A DNA stretch of 64,000 bases from an uncultured Candidatus Micrarchaeota archaeon. Lineage in GTDB: Archaea > Micrarchaeota > Micrarchaeia > Micrarchaeales > Micrarchaeaceae. The notes under the pieces are model-generated. The model was not told the origin of the DNA and ran no database searches. It saw only the letters and a list, made by a program, of their open reading frames with translations. Made by a program: the position numbers and the translations under genes. Location: NCBI GenBank assembly GCA_963741095.1, contig CAVUGN010000005.1, positions 32,001 through 96,000 of the forward strand, in the 5' to 3' direction. Positions 39,078 through 49,333 of this stretch are shown here, piece after piece. The number at the start of each line of letters is the position of its first letter. Positions within the stretch are counted from its first letter, which is position 1.

Positions 39078-40124
39078 CTATGCCGCTTTGGCCGTGAATG
39101 CCGCAATCTGCGAATAGATCGTGGCGCTTGTGCCGGTCCCTCCAGACTGCGTGCAGCTTCCCTTGCCTCCGACAACACCGGTTCCGGTCGTCGTGTAGTA
39201 GCACACCCAGATGTTGCCGGCTAGTGCGCTGCCGACAGGAACGCTGCCGCTGGCCGGGAACGTGACCGTTTCCTTCCCGCCAGTGGCGAGGGATCCGGTC
39301 ATCGCATAGAACTTGATGTTCGGCGCGCCGTTTGATGCCAGGCTTGTGCCGTTTGCCGCATACGCGACTCCCCAGCCGGTCCAGTTCGCGCCGGTGCTCT
39401 GCCCTATGGTTACGGTCAGTTGGCCGGTCGAGTTTGAGTACAGCATGTTGGAGCAGTAGTATCCCGCCTTTGCTACGCAGGTGGAGGCAAGAGAGGTGAG
39501 GATCGACTTGCCGAACGCACCGATGCCGAACAATGCGACCAGGCCGAAGGCCAGCACATCAGCCACTATGCCGATCAGCACAGCCGAGCCGATTATGATT
39601 ACGAAGGCCGCAAGCCTGCTTGTGCCGTGCATCTTCGCAATGGCGATTATCTCGATGATGAGGGACCATATCCCCAGGATGGCCAGTATCAGCGTCCCGA
39701 GAATAGGCACCAGTAGCAGCCAGAAGAAGAGCATCACGCTGCACGACGCATATACTATCGCGGAGAAGGTGTCATCGTATTTTCCCTTGAACGCCTTGAA
39801 GAGATTGCCGCCAATTGCCTGCAGTATGGCTGCGTTTATCAGGAGGCTTATTGGCTCTATCACCAGGAATAACAGCAGCACCAGCCCCATTATCGAAAAG
39901 ATCGAAAGGGATGAGAGGGCGCGCATGCCCGCCAGCGACATGATATCCCCAAGTAAAGAGCTCCCGATGTAAACCAGGACCAACGATATTATCATGGGTA
40001 TGAATACGAGCTTGTAGTAGTACTTCAGCGAATCTCCGACGCTCCTGCTCTTTGCGGCGCTGCTCGGGTGCAGCATCACGTTAAGCTGCTCCTTTATCTC
40101 GTCAATGAAGATCATCTCATGCAC
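39078..40124 (-). CDS. Yip1-like membrane domain fused to a pilin-like extracellular domain
   Basis: About five TM helices, then TCVAKAGYYCSN...VTIGQSTG..W resembling 40173-40715. Confidence 0.65.
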   Translation of the reverse strand: MHEMIFIDEIKEQLNVMLHPSSAAKSRSVGDSLKYYYKLVFIPMIISLVLVYIGSSLLGDIMSLAGMRALSSLSIFSIMGLVLLLFLVIEPISLLINAAILQAIGGNLFKAFKGKYDDTFSAIVYASCSVMLFFWLLLVPILGTLILAILGIWSLIIEIIAIAKMHGTSRLAAFVIIIGSAVLIGIVADVLAFGLVALFGIGAFGKSILTSLASTCVAKAGYYCSNMLYSNSTGQLTVTIGQSTGANWTGWGVAYAANGTSLASNGAPNIKFYAMTGSLATGGKETVTFPASGSVPVGSALAGNIWVCYYTTTGTGVVGGKGSCTQSGGTGTSATIYSQIAAFTAKAA

Positions 40125-40172
40125 CAGGGATAACTTCCAAGTAAGAATTTAAATAATGTTGCAAGCGGCGGA

Positions 40173-40715
40173 TCAGCTCGAGGTGGTTGCGACCGCGTTG
40201 AACTTTGCAATCTCGGTGAGCGCGTTCGTGGTCGTCGGGGTGGAGTACATGGCCCATACGCTGCCGGTCAGCTTGGTCTGGATCTTTATCGACTGCGTAG
40301 TTGCGCCGGGAAAATTGGGGTTTATGTACATCTGCACTGTCGCGGTCTGCCCTGATGTCAGAGACGAGATGAAGTAGGCGTGGCCCCACAGGCCGCCCCA
40401 GTACCCTATGCTGTTCGTCGAGCTATAATCGGATATGCTGGTGCCCGACAGCATCTGGCCCTGAGGCACTACGACAAACCAGACGTTTGACCAGGGTGTT
40501 GGCGATGTGACGCCTGCACCGAGGATTATGCTGGGGTCGCTGTACGCGTTGTTCACGTTCGCGCTTAACACGAGGTTATTGCAGAGGAAGCCCACATCGG
40601 CTATGCAGGTGCTTGTTGTGAAGTTGGTGCCGTTGAAGACGCCCAAGGAATAGAATGCGCCCAGGACCACCGCGAGTATCAGTATGGCCCAGCCGTAGGT
40701 CATCAGGTATTCCAT
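40173..40715 (-). CDS. Class III signal peptide (type IV pilin-like) protein
   Basis: In-frame RAQSA-MEYLMTYGWAILIL; true start unresolved. Confidence 0.8.
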   Translation of the reverse strand: MEYLMTYGWAILILAVVLGAFYSLGVFNGTNFTTSTCIADVGFLCNNLVLSANVNNAYSDPSIILGAGVTSPTPWSNVWFVVVPQGQMLSGTSISDYSSTNSIGYWGGLWGHAYFISSLTSGQTATVQMYINPNFPGATTQSIKIQTKLTGSVWAMYSTPTTTNALTEIAKFNAVATTSS

Positions 40716-40833
40716 CGCGGACTGGGCTCTCGTGAGCCTGGTGTCGGATGTCTGGTCGAGCTTGGCACCGGCATCGCATGCGCAAACTTTATGGGTTCTG
40801 ATAACATCACTGAATCTTCATACCCGTATCGCT

Positions 40834-43800
40834 TCAATCCTTGATCAGACTGTCCCCGGTGCCGGTTATGCTCTGGCTCGCTATGGTCGTATCGTGATAG
40901 TAGAGAGTGTTGTAGCTGCCGGTCATCTTCAGGTTTATGGTGCCTCCTATTGTGTGGAGGGTGTCGTAGCTTCCGGTCACGGTGAGGGCCATTGGCTTCG
41001 AAGTGAGCATGTTCAATGTCAGATCCACGTAGCTTCCAGTGAGCTGCAACGAATTGAGGGCCATGACCTGCACGCTCTCGACCAGGTTGGAGCTGCCGGT
41101 TATCGTGAACGCATTGCCGTTGATTGTCGCGCCGGATATCGTGTCCATGCTTCCCGTTATTGTCTGCGCCGAGAGTATGGTGTTGTGCATTGTTGTCGTG
41201 CCGTAGCTGCCGGTTTCCGTCAGGGTTATGGTGCCGTTGTAGATGTTTACATTGTCCACGCTCCCGGTCACCTGCACTGCGATGTTGCAGTTGCTGCCCG
41301 GCATGTTGATTGTTATGGTGTCGTGGCTCCCCGTGACGATCACTGCGCTTTGATCGGTCACTTGGACCGTACTGGTCAGATAGCTTCCGGTTATGCTGAT
41401 CGGTTTTCCGCTGTTGGAATTCGTGCAACCCTTCACTGGCGGCTGCGTGACCGTTATCACCGGTGTCGTTGCAGATGCTTTTTGACCGATCGAGTCGGTT
41501 GCGGTCACGGCGAATTGGCAGTTCGTTGACGTTGCGGACGGAGTGTACGAGAAGGACGCAGCGCTCGCCGAAACGAATCCAGGGCATGAATCTCCGGCTG
41601 GGACCGCCCACGAGTAGGACACTGCTCCAGTGCCGTTTGAAGCGATTGCAGTCACTGTCACCGGCACACCGACGTTAACTGATGTAGCAGAGGTGGGGGC
41701 CGATATTGATACGGTCAGTTGTTTGTTGATGGTTATCGTCGGAGTCGTAGCGGTTGCCTTTTTACCGAATGAGTCGGTCACAGTCACGGTGAATTGGCAA
41801 TTTACCGGTGCCGGTGCCTGATGGCAGTCTGGCATTGCTCCAGATTGGGTTGTTTGGGATGAAGTTGTTCCGGATGGAGTGTATGAAAAGGATGCTGTGT
41901 TTGCAGAAGTGAATCCTGGGCATGACGCTCCAGTTGAAACGGCCCACGAGTAGGACAATGGTGCTGTACCGCCTGATGCGCTTGCAGCCACAGTTATCGG
42001 CAGCCCTACATCTGCAGATGTTGCAGATGGAGGAGCGGTGATCACTACTGTCGGTAATGGATTGACCGTTATCGCATTGGTCGTAGCCGTGCCCATGCCC
42101 CCGACCGCATCTTTGACCGTCACGGTGAATTCGCAGGTTGATGTCGTACCCGATGGAGTGTAGGTAAACGACTTTGTTGTTGTGCTACTTTCAGTTCCTG
42201 GGCAGGCATGCCCAGCTGCAACCGACCATGAGTATGTTGATGTACCAGTGCCGCCCCCCACCGTGTTTGCGCTGATCGTGATCGGTACCCCGATGTCTGT
42301 CGGATTTGGCAGTACGGATGATATTGATACAGTTGGTTGTGGATTGACCGTTATCGTGGCGATGTTGGACTGTCCGGTGCCTCCGACAGAGTCGGTCACC
42401 GTTTCCTGCACCGTGTAGGTGCCGGATGTTGAGAAGGTCACTTTGTTGTTGTTTCCGAGAGTGCCCCCTGACAGCGTGTATGAATATGTGTACCCCGGCG
42501 TTCCCTGGGTCGTTGTGTTGCTGAATGCCACTGACTGTCCCGCATCGATAGTCTGTGATGTGGGCAGGATTGATATTGTCGGCAATGGATTGACCGTTAT
42601 CGTGGCGATGTTGGACTGTCCGGTGCCTCCGACAGAGTCGGTCACCGTTTCCTGCACCGTGTAGGTGCCGGATGTTGAGAAGGTCACTTTGTTGTTGTTT
42701 CCGAGAGTGCCCCCTGACAGCGTGTATGAATATGTGTACCCCGGCGTTCCCTGGGTCGTTGTGTTGCTGAATGCCACTGACTGTCCCGCATCGATAGTCT
42801 GTGATGTGGGCAGGATTGATATTGTCGGCAATGGATTGACCGTTATCGTGGCGATGTTGGACTGTCCGGTGCCTCCGACAGAGTCGGTCACCGTTTCCTG
42901 CACCGTGTAGGTGCCGGATGTTGAGAAGGTCACTTTGTTGTTGTTTCCGAGAGTGCCCCCTGACAGCGTGTATGAATATGTGTACCCCGGCGTTCCCTGG
43001 GTCGTTGTGTTGCTGAATGCCACTGACTGTCCCGCATCGATAGTCTGTGATGTGGGCAGGATTGATATTGTCGGCAATGGATTGACCGTTATCGTGGCGA
43101 TGTTGGACTGTCCGGTGCCTCCGACAGAGTCGGTCACCGTTTCCTGCACCGTGTAGGTGCCGGATGTTGAGAAGGTCACTTTGTTGTTGTTTCCGAGAGT
43201 GCCCCCTGACAGCGTGTATGAATATGTGTACCCCGGCGTTCCCTGGGTCGTTGTGTTGCTGAATGCCACTGACTGTCCCGCATCGATAGTCTGTGATGTG
43301 GGAGTTATCGAGATTGTCGGAGGCGTGGCCGTTAAGGGAAGCACGGTTATTGAGACGCTGTTGGACAGGGAAGCCTGGTTTTCATCCGTCAAAGTCTCAA
43401 TTAGGTCGTAGGTACCCGGACTTGTGAAAGTGAAGTCATTGTTTTGGGTGTACACGACTCCGTTTTGGGGTATAGTCATGTAAGAAAATGAGTAGGGCGT
43501 CAGGCCCGGGAAATTGATTGATCCGTTTACGGTGCTGTTGTATATGTGCACACCGCTCCCGACGTACACGGTGTACGATGAGGAGGTGATGGAGAACGCA
43601 AGGGCTGGATCTACTGCGATGTATGTCACAGTGCCTCCGGAATTTCCACTGCCGTCGGTTACGGCCAAATTTATCGTATCGGGAGAGGCAGTGTCTGAGC
43701 TATTGCCGAAAAATATTACGTTGCATGAGTTACCTGCAAAGGGGATTGTACCGACTTTGAAGTTGGTGTATGACCACAGACAATTGTAATTCCCGTCCCC

Positions 43801-43962
43801 GCCAGTTATGATGGTGGTGAGCAAGCTGTTTTGCCCGGCGGTCATCGAAGTTCTTTGTGATGTTAAAGTCACTCCGAGGCTGGCCTGTGCTAATGCCGGG
43901 GATAATGCTACAAACAGCAACGATGCCATGATAGAGATTGCCCACTTGTTCATGAAACTCAC
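40834..43962 (-). CDS. Large secreted surface protein with PKD/Ig-like repeats and C-terminal beta-solenoid-like repeats
   Basis: Signal peptide; four 82-aa repeats (GTYTVQETVTDS); repeated (I/V/L)TGSxx at the C-terminus. Confidence 0.88.
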   Translation of the reverse strand: MSFMNKWAISIMASLLFVALSPALAQASLGVTLTSQRTSMTAGQNSLLTTIITGGDGNYNCLWSYTNFKVGTIPFAGNSCNVIFFGNSSDTASPDTINLAVTDGSGNSGGTVTYIAVDPALAFSITSSSYTVYVGSGVHIYNSTVNGSINFPGLTPYSFSYMTIPQNGVVYTQNNDFTFTSPGTYDLIETLTDENQASLSNSVSITVLPLTATPPTISITPTSQTIDAGQSVAFSNTTTQGTPGYTYSYTLSGGTLGNNNKVTFSTSGTYTVQETVTDSVGGTGQSNIATITVNPLPTISILPTSQTIDAGQSVAFSNTTTQGTPGYTYSYTLSGGTLGNNNKVTFSTSGTYTVQETVTDSVGGTGQSNIATITVNPLPTISILPTSQTIDAGQSVAFSNTTTQGTPGYTYSYTLSGGTLGNNNKVTFSTSGTYTVQETVTDSVGGTGQSNIATITVNPLPTISILPTSQTIDAGQSVAFSNTTTQGTPGYTYSYTLSGGTLGNNNKVTFSTSGTYTVQETVTDSVGGTGQSNIATITVNPQPTVSISSVLPNPTDIGVPITISANTVGGGTGTSTYSWSVAAGHACPGTESSTTTKSFTYTPSGTTSTCEFTVTVKDAVGGMGTATTNAITVNPLPTVVITAPPSATSADVGLPITVAASASGGTAPLSYSWAVSTGASCPGFTSANTASFSYTPSGTTSSQTTQSGAMPDCHQAPAPVNCQFTVTVTDSFGKKATATTPTITINKQLTVSISAPTSATSVNVGVPVTVTAIASNGTGAVSYSWAVPAGDSCPGFVSASAASFSYTPSATSTNCQFAVTATDSIGQKASATTPVITVTQPPVKGCTNSNSGKPISITGSYLTSTVQVTDQSAVIVTGSHDTITINMPGSNCNIAVQVTGSVDNVNIYNGTITLTETGSYGTTTMHNTILSAQTITGSMDTISGATINGNAFTITGSSNLVESVQVMALNSLQLTGSYVDLTLNMLTSKPMALTVTGSYDTLHTIGGTINLKMTGSYNTLYYHDTTIASQSITGTGDSLIKD
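42340..43302. repeat. 246-bp perfect tandem repeat, about 3.9 copies
   Basis: Units start at 42340, 42586, 42832, 43078. Confidence 0.95.
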
Positions 43963-44160
43963 CCAATAACGTTACACTTTTGAAAGTTAATAATGTTGTG
44001 GTGAGGTAACGAAACTCGTTTGGCTGGGGGCAAAAATGCTTGAAAACGGAGGCCAGAAGAACGCGTCGCCGCTCTAACATGTCTTTTTGTTCGGAGTTGG
44101 CGGCGATCGGCAACCGAAAGATAGAAATATTATACAAATCACACAATATCGTGTGATCGA

Positions 44161-44592
44161 ATGTCGAAAACAGCGTTGTATGCCGAAGCAAAACTGCCGG
44201 TGCCGATTGGCAGGCCGCAGCATGCCACAGTGGACGGCCAGGAGTACAAGGCCCTAAGATTTGCGGAAGGCAAAGGCCCGGATTTGACAAAAACAAAAGC
44301 CATAGCAAGAATCGAGGGAGACGCAATGCCCACGACAGAAGACCCGAGAGAGATAGGCATCGCGTTGCTGAAGCCGGGGGAGTGGTGCTTCATTATCAAT
44401 AAAAACCCGGATGAGATGCCCATGGTCGCTGTGCTAGATTCCAAGGGTTACGTGTATTATGACGTTTATGATTACATCAAGCCCAACGGCGCCGCTCCCG
44501 TGGTGATTCTGAAGGAGACAGGCAACTCGACGAAGCCGCAAAGCCATCTGCTGCGCGAGGGCGATAGTTTGCAGAACCATCTGCGAAACTAG
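44161..44592 (+). CDS. Hypothetical protein
   Basis: 143-aa ORF with upstream TATA-like element. Confidence 0.65.
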   Translation: MSKTALYAEAKLPVPIGRPQHATVDGQEYKALRFAEGKGPDLTKTKAIARIEGDAMPTTEDPREIGIALLKPGEWCFIINKNPDEMPMVAVLDSKGYVYYDVYDYIKPNGAAPVVILKETGNSTKPQSHLLREGDSLQNHLRN

Positions 44593-44801
44593 AAACGCCC
44601 TAATCTCGAGAAGTTTCTAAGGAGCAGGATCAGGGATAAAGGCAGGTTGGAATGATTAAGCCAGGAGAGGGCTCTACCACCCGAGCATACCCTTTTGTTT
44701 GGGTAAGTCATGGTATCACTGCTTATCATGTTCCTTTAAATTTAAATAATCGTTGATTGTTTGCCCCACAATCGAAGCGATAAACTATTTATAGACATTT
44801 T

Positions 44802-46514
44802 TTAATTCCGCCTAAAGTTTTTAAAAACCGGATATACGGTTTCTTTTTCATTAATTTCTTTTATCACTTTATAATACGCATGCATAAATTCTTTATCGAG
44901 TCTTCTTTTTATCGACTCCCTTCTTGTTAATTTATCAATTTTATTGTGTATCATTCGTTTATTCTCGTTTATGCGTTTGGTCCATAAATTTGCTATTCTT
45001 TTATCGCCGTCTTTTATTTTATCCATACTTATTTCCCAAGACATGAAGTATTTGAGGTATTTGGCTGTCCATTGTAATATATCGCTTTCAACAGGATGAA
45101 ATATGGGTGCATTTTTGTTTATTCTTAGTGGCCAGTTGTTTATGCCTAAAGTTTTTAGAGTTTTAAAAGGTACGCTTAGCAATAGTAGCGCGGATATGTC
45201 AGTTCCAGGCATAGTTTTGCCACTTATCTCTTTATGGGATATATCCTCCCACCTAATTATTATGCCTCCGCCGTTATGAACAATACATCTCTGTTGCAAG
45301 CGCTTCAAACCTAAAAATGTGGAATTATGGATTGAATGCCATCTTGATACTGCTCTCCTAGAATCCACCATATAGCATGAGATTGCTTTGTTATTTTCTG
45401 AGGCAATTAGAATATTCAGATTTGATTGGAATATAGAAGTTTTCAATTTTATTCTATTATCTAGTTCGTCGTCCCATGTAGAGAAATAGGAGTTTTTTAG
45501 ATTTATTTTGTCTCTTTCCATTAATAGATTAAGATAATTTTTACATATATTTATACTATCCGAATTTGTAGCTACACATTTTTTGGGTGACTCTATGATG
45601 ATTACATTGTAATTTTGTGAGGGTCTTGTATCTGGAAAATTAACAAGTATTTTATCCATAGTGTCGTCAGTATTATTTACAAATATAGTAACATTGAAAA
45701 ATAATCTTTGTGATTTCTTCATCTCTTGGACTAAGAATTTTATGGACTTGACTATCGTTTCCGATGAATTTTTACAGGGTAGTATTATATTTATGAGCGG
45801 CTTGTTATTAGGGGGTTTCACAGATTTTATGCTAAAGACCTTATAATTTTTACCGTATATACGCAATTTTTTAATATTACGGTTATCGATTCCAAAATAA
45901 TCGTTACTTTTCGGATTTTTCGTTCGGTCCTGATGTTTATAATGTATTATTTCCTTTAGAAGGTCGTTTTTCAGGTTCGTGAAATAATTATGCACATATC
46001 TATCGCCCTTATTTCTTTTTGCTTCATCTATTATATTTTCGTCCATTTCACTTATTGCTTTATTCATATAATTTAATAGGACTTTTTTTGTATCTGACCA
46101 GGAGAAACTATTAGAATATTTGCTTATGCCAACATAATAAGAATCCGCGTTTTTATTTCTGCATATATCTATCCTTTCTTTTGCGTATCTTGACATGTGT
46201 TTAGGTAATAGGTCATAAGTAAAAAAATCTGTATTGGCGACCTCTTTATCTGGTTTCTTTTTGATAGCACCCCCAACAATCTTTATATTGTATATATGTG
46301 CAGTCCCATATCCTGAGGTAAATATGTTACCGAGATAATTCGTCACTTCGCCTTTAAATCCAGTCTCTTCCTCGAGTTCTCGTAGGGCGGCCTTTTTAGG
46401 TGATTCTCCTTTTTTGACTTCCCCTCCGGGAAGGTGCCAGTTCTTCGCGCCATAATTATGTTTCACAAGTAAAATTTTGCCATTGACATTTACATACCCA
46501 AACGCGGAAGTCAT
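44802..46514 (-). CDS. NUDIX hydrolase fused to a GT-A/GT2-like domain
   Basis: WHLPGGEVKKGESPKKAALRELEEETGF; later IILPCKNSSETI, VNNTDD, WDDE; start set at MTSAF. Confidence 0.7.
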   Translation of the reverse strand: MTSAFGYVNVNGKILLVKHNYGAKNWHLPGGEVKKGESPKKAALRELEEETGFKGEVTNYLGNIFTSGYGTAHIYNIKIVGGAIKKKPDKEVANTDFFTYDLLPKHMSRYAKERIDICRNKNADSYYVGISKYSNSFSWSDTKKVLLNYMNKAISEMDENIIDEAKRNKGDRYVHNYFTNLKNDLLKEIIHYKHQDRTKNPKSNDYFGIDNRNIKKLRIYGKNYKVFSIKSVKPPNNKPLINIILPCKNSSETIVKSIKFLVQEMKKSQRLFFNVTIFVNNTDDTMDKILVNFPDTRPSQNYNVIIIESPKKCVATNSDSINICKNYLNLLMERDKINLKNSYFSTWDDELDNRIKLKTSIFQSNLNILIASENNKAISCYMVDSRRAVSRWHSIHNSTFLGLKRLQQRCIVHNGGGIIIRWEDISHKEISGKTMPGTDISALLLLSVPFKTLKTLGINNWPLRINKNAPIFHPVESDILQWTAKYLKYFMSWEISMDKIKDGDKRIANLWTKRINENKRMIHNKIDKLTRRESIKRRLDKEFMHAYYKVIKEINEKETVYPVFKNFRRN

Positions 46515-46606
46515 TTTATCCCTTTTACACTGTGATATCAGAATAGCAACGCTTTTAATAAAGCTTCGCAAGCTAATGATAAAAAAGGTATGTTTACTTA
46601 TTTATA

Positions 46607-47308
46607 ATGTATTTATTGAACAAATCGCAGGAGGAGGATACGAAACGTGATTACAAGCTTGCAATATTTGATGTTGATGGTACATTATATAGATTACCTT
46701 CTGGTGCCACTAAATTTAGGGACACAGAAATGTATAATGAAGTACGGAATAGAGCTATAGGATTTCTCTCCAAACGGCTTTCTATTGGGAAAGATGAAGC
46801 AGAGGATACTTGGAATTGTATATATCACAAGTACAATGGCCACATAGATAGTGGTATCGAAAAAGACTATAATATCTCTAGGATCGAATACCTTTCAGAA
46901 GCATGGAACATATCTGCAGATAAGTATCTAAAACCGGACCCCGATATACGGAAGTTGTTGATTTCATTGAACATCCATAAAGCTATTTTATCATCTGCGC
47001 CAAAAGTTTGGGTGCACAGCGTTCTCAAGGCTATAGATTTAGGGGGTATTTTTGAATTTATCGTTACAGGGGATGAAAACGGAAGAAAGCCAGAGCGTAT
47101 GGCATATACTAGGGTATTGAGATATTTTAATGTGAAGCCAGAACAAGCGGTAATGATAGATGATGATATAGGGTATCTTAAAGGCGCCAAAGCGGTAGGT
47201 ATAGATACTACCTTTTTGATTAGTAATAAAGGTGTAGATACTAAGAATTCCAGCTTCGCTACTCATAGTATATCAAATCTTTTAGAATTGAGGAATTTCT
47301 TCGAGTAA
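46607..47308 (+). CDS. HAD-family phosphatase (nucleotidase-like)
   Basis: IFDVDGTLY, LSSA, RKP, MIDD. Confidence 0.88.
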   Translation: MYLLNKSQEEDTKRDYKLAIFDVDGTLYRLPSGATKFRDTEMYNEVRNRAIGFLSKRLSIGKDEAEDTWNCIYHKYNGHIDSGIEKDYNISRIEYLSEAWNISADKYLKPDPDIRKLLISLNIHKAILSSAPKVWVHSVLKAIDLGGIFEFIVTGDENGRKPERMAYTRVLRYFNVKPEQAVMIDDDIGYLKGAKAVGIDTTFLISNKGVDTKNSSFATHSISNLLELRNFFE

Positions 47309-48345
47309 AAGTCGCTGTTCTGAGAGAAGAGTTTAGAAGTAAATCTTTTTGCGTTAGGAAGGAATTGCGCATACCTCATCTGATGCTCGCTTAATAATTT
47401 TGTTGTAACTTTTATGCACCCTGTAATCAAATTTTTACCGCTAGGATCATTATTGCCCAGTGCAGTGCTTTCATAGCTATATTTTGTAAACCACTTTAGT
47501 ATATTGACTGGGAGATTGCTGCCCATATCTTTTTTTGAAACTCAGTTTTCTATAAAGTTTTGGATGTACATTGAACCGTCATCTAATTTTATGCTGTTTT
47601 GAGGCACACTTTTCCCCATTTTTGATCCTAAGATGCCTTGTAGCAGATTGCAGTAGGTGAAGCTTATTAAATTTTTGAATCCTCTTTTTTTTATGATTTC
47701 ATAGACAAGCTTTGCATGACTTATTTCGTCGATACCAAGTGTGACAAGTATGCCGTCATATTTGAATGATTCCGGGTATATTATATCGGCAGCCATTGCA
47801 AGAGAGGAGATGATCTCGCCTTTGTTTAGTTTTCTACCGTATAAACCTTCAAATTTTGATTTATTAATGAAGGAAGCTAAATTTAATGCAATTTTTAATG
47901 TTTGTATATTCCTACTTTGTAAGTATATTTTTGAATTTCTGATGTTCACTCCAGCTGCCATCAAATGCGCTATTAATTTCGGTGTTATCTCCCTTATGTC
48001 TTTGTCTGATTTGTTTCTTACGCAAGTTGCTTCTATATCTGCTATTGGTATGAATAATTCGGCGTTGTAGATTTTTTGATAATACGCCATCTGCTGTAAG
48101 ATACATAAAGTGCCAAGATGTGGTATCCCGCTCGGCATAAATCCGCTAACAAGAGAAACCCTTTTACCGTTAGAGGCTAATTCTAGCCATCCGTCAAAGT
48201 TGTTATGTCCTATGATTAGACCTCTTTTTGAGAAATTAGGTCTTTCCTTAAGATCGAAGTTGAATGGATTTATCTTTAGCTTAGCACGCATTCTGGCGTA
48301 TTGTAGGTTATCCACTTTTGGTACACTCCATGCGTCGAACTCCAT
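47263..48345 (-). pseudogene. Divergent TrpRS-like protein interrupted by an in-frame TGA at 47542-47544
   Basis: SGFMPSGIPHLGT, IADIEA, AADI, GIDE, KMGKS; frame continues into ORF 47263-47526. Confidence 0.65.
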
Positions 48346-48361
48346 TGTTTAACCTGATGAG

Positions 48362-49333
48362 TTATTTGCAATCAAATATAATCTTTCCATATTTCTGTTT
48401 AAGCATTACATCCAATGCTCTGTCAGAATCCTTAAGATAAAAACGATGTGTTATTATTCGGCCTAAAATCTTTTGTTTTTTCAAAGCAAGCTGGATTGCC
48501 CAATCAAAATCTTTTGGGGTGTAGCCTAGTTGCGTATAGATACTTGCTTCCTTGTTGATAACTCCACTTATGTCTACCGTAAATTTATTTATCATGCATG
48601 CACTTTCGAGTATTACACCATTGGGCTTTACATACCTTGATGCGTCAGCATAAGATTCTGGACTCCCACCTGCATCATAAACAAAATCAAATCGATCTAT
48701 TAGTTTTTCATTATTCGCCCCTTTTTCATAGAATTTGTCTATTACACTTCCAAGAAGTGATGCCTGTTCCTTATGCCCCACCATCGATATCCTTCCGGGA
48801 TTTTTGCTACTGGCATGTATCGCTCCAACAAGTCCTATCGCTCCAGATCCTATTATCAATAGTTCTTTGCCCTCCAAGTCCAAATTATGTAATGGTTTTG
48901 TGCTGGCTATTGTTTCGACCAGTACAGCCGTTCTTGTTTTTAGAGCATCAGGAACTTTTACCAGAATTGTTCCCTTAGGGATTATTGAATGTGTTGCCCA
49001 ACCACCAGCATACCTATTTTTTGTTGTTAAGCCAAACACTTGATTTTGTATGCAAGCATTATACCTTCCATTTTTGCAATTTACACACTTATTGCAGGGT
49101 ATTATTGCGGGCCATATGTAACGTTCTCCATCTAATTCCCCAACGCACTCGTGACCTAATACTCGTGGAAGGTTTATCCCTTTTACATCTCCTTTTATAA
49201 TATGTTTATCGGTTCCACAAACTCCACAAAAGAGCATTTTAATTAGTTCTTCATTCTTACTTTTAATTGATTTATAGTTCACTTTATTCCTGCCTTCCAC
49301 CAATAAAGCCCCCCATTCATTCAAGGATAGCAC
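48362..49333 (-). CDS. Zinc-dependent medium-chain alcohol/sugar dehydrogenase
   Basis: CGVCGTD, LGHE, CNKCVNC..G..NAC, GSGAIG. Confidence 0.9.
   Translation of the reverse strand: MLSLNEWGALLVEGRNKVNYKSIKSKNEELIKMLFCGVCGTDKHIIKGDVKGINLPRVLGHECVGELDGERYIWPAIIPCNKCVNCKNGRYNACIQNQVFGLTTKNRYAGGWATHSIIPKGTILVKVPDALKTRTAVLVETIASTKPLHNLDLEGKELLIIGSGAIGLVGAIHASSKNPGRISMVGHKEQASLLGSVIDKFYEKGANNEKLIDRFDFVYDAGGSPESYADASRYVKPNGVILESACMINKFTVDISGVINKEASIYTQLGYTPKDFDWAIQLALKKQKILGRIITHRFYLKDSDRALDVMLKQKYGKIIFDCK

Noticed and set aside
42419-43411. Repeated 81-aa plus-strand ORFs, and other long antisense ORFs such as 32439-33317 and 33338-34624
   Set aside because: These are shadow ORFs of real genes on the opposite strand.
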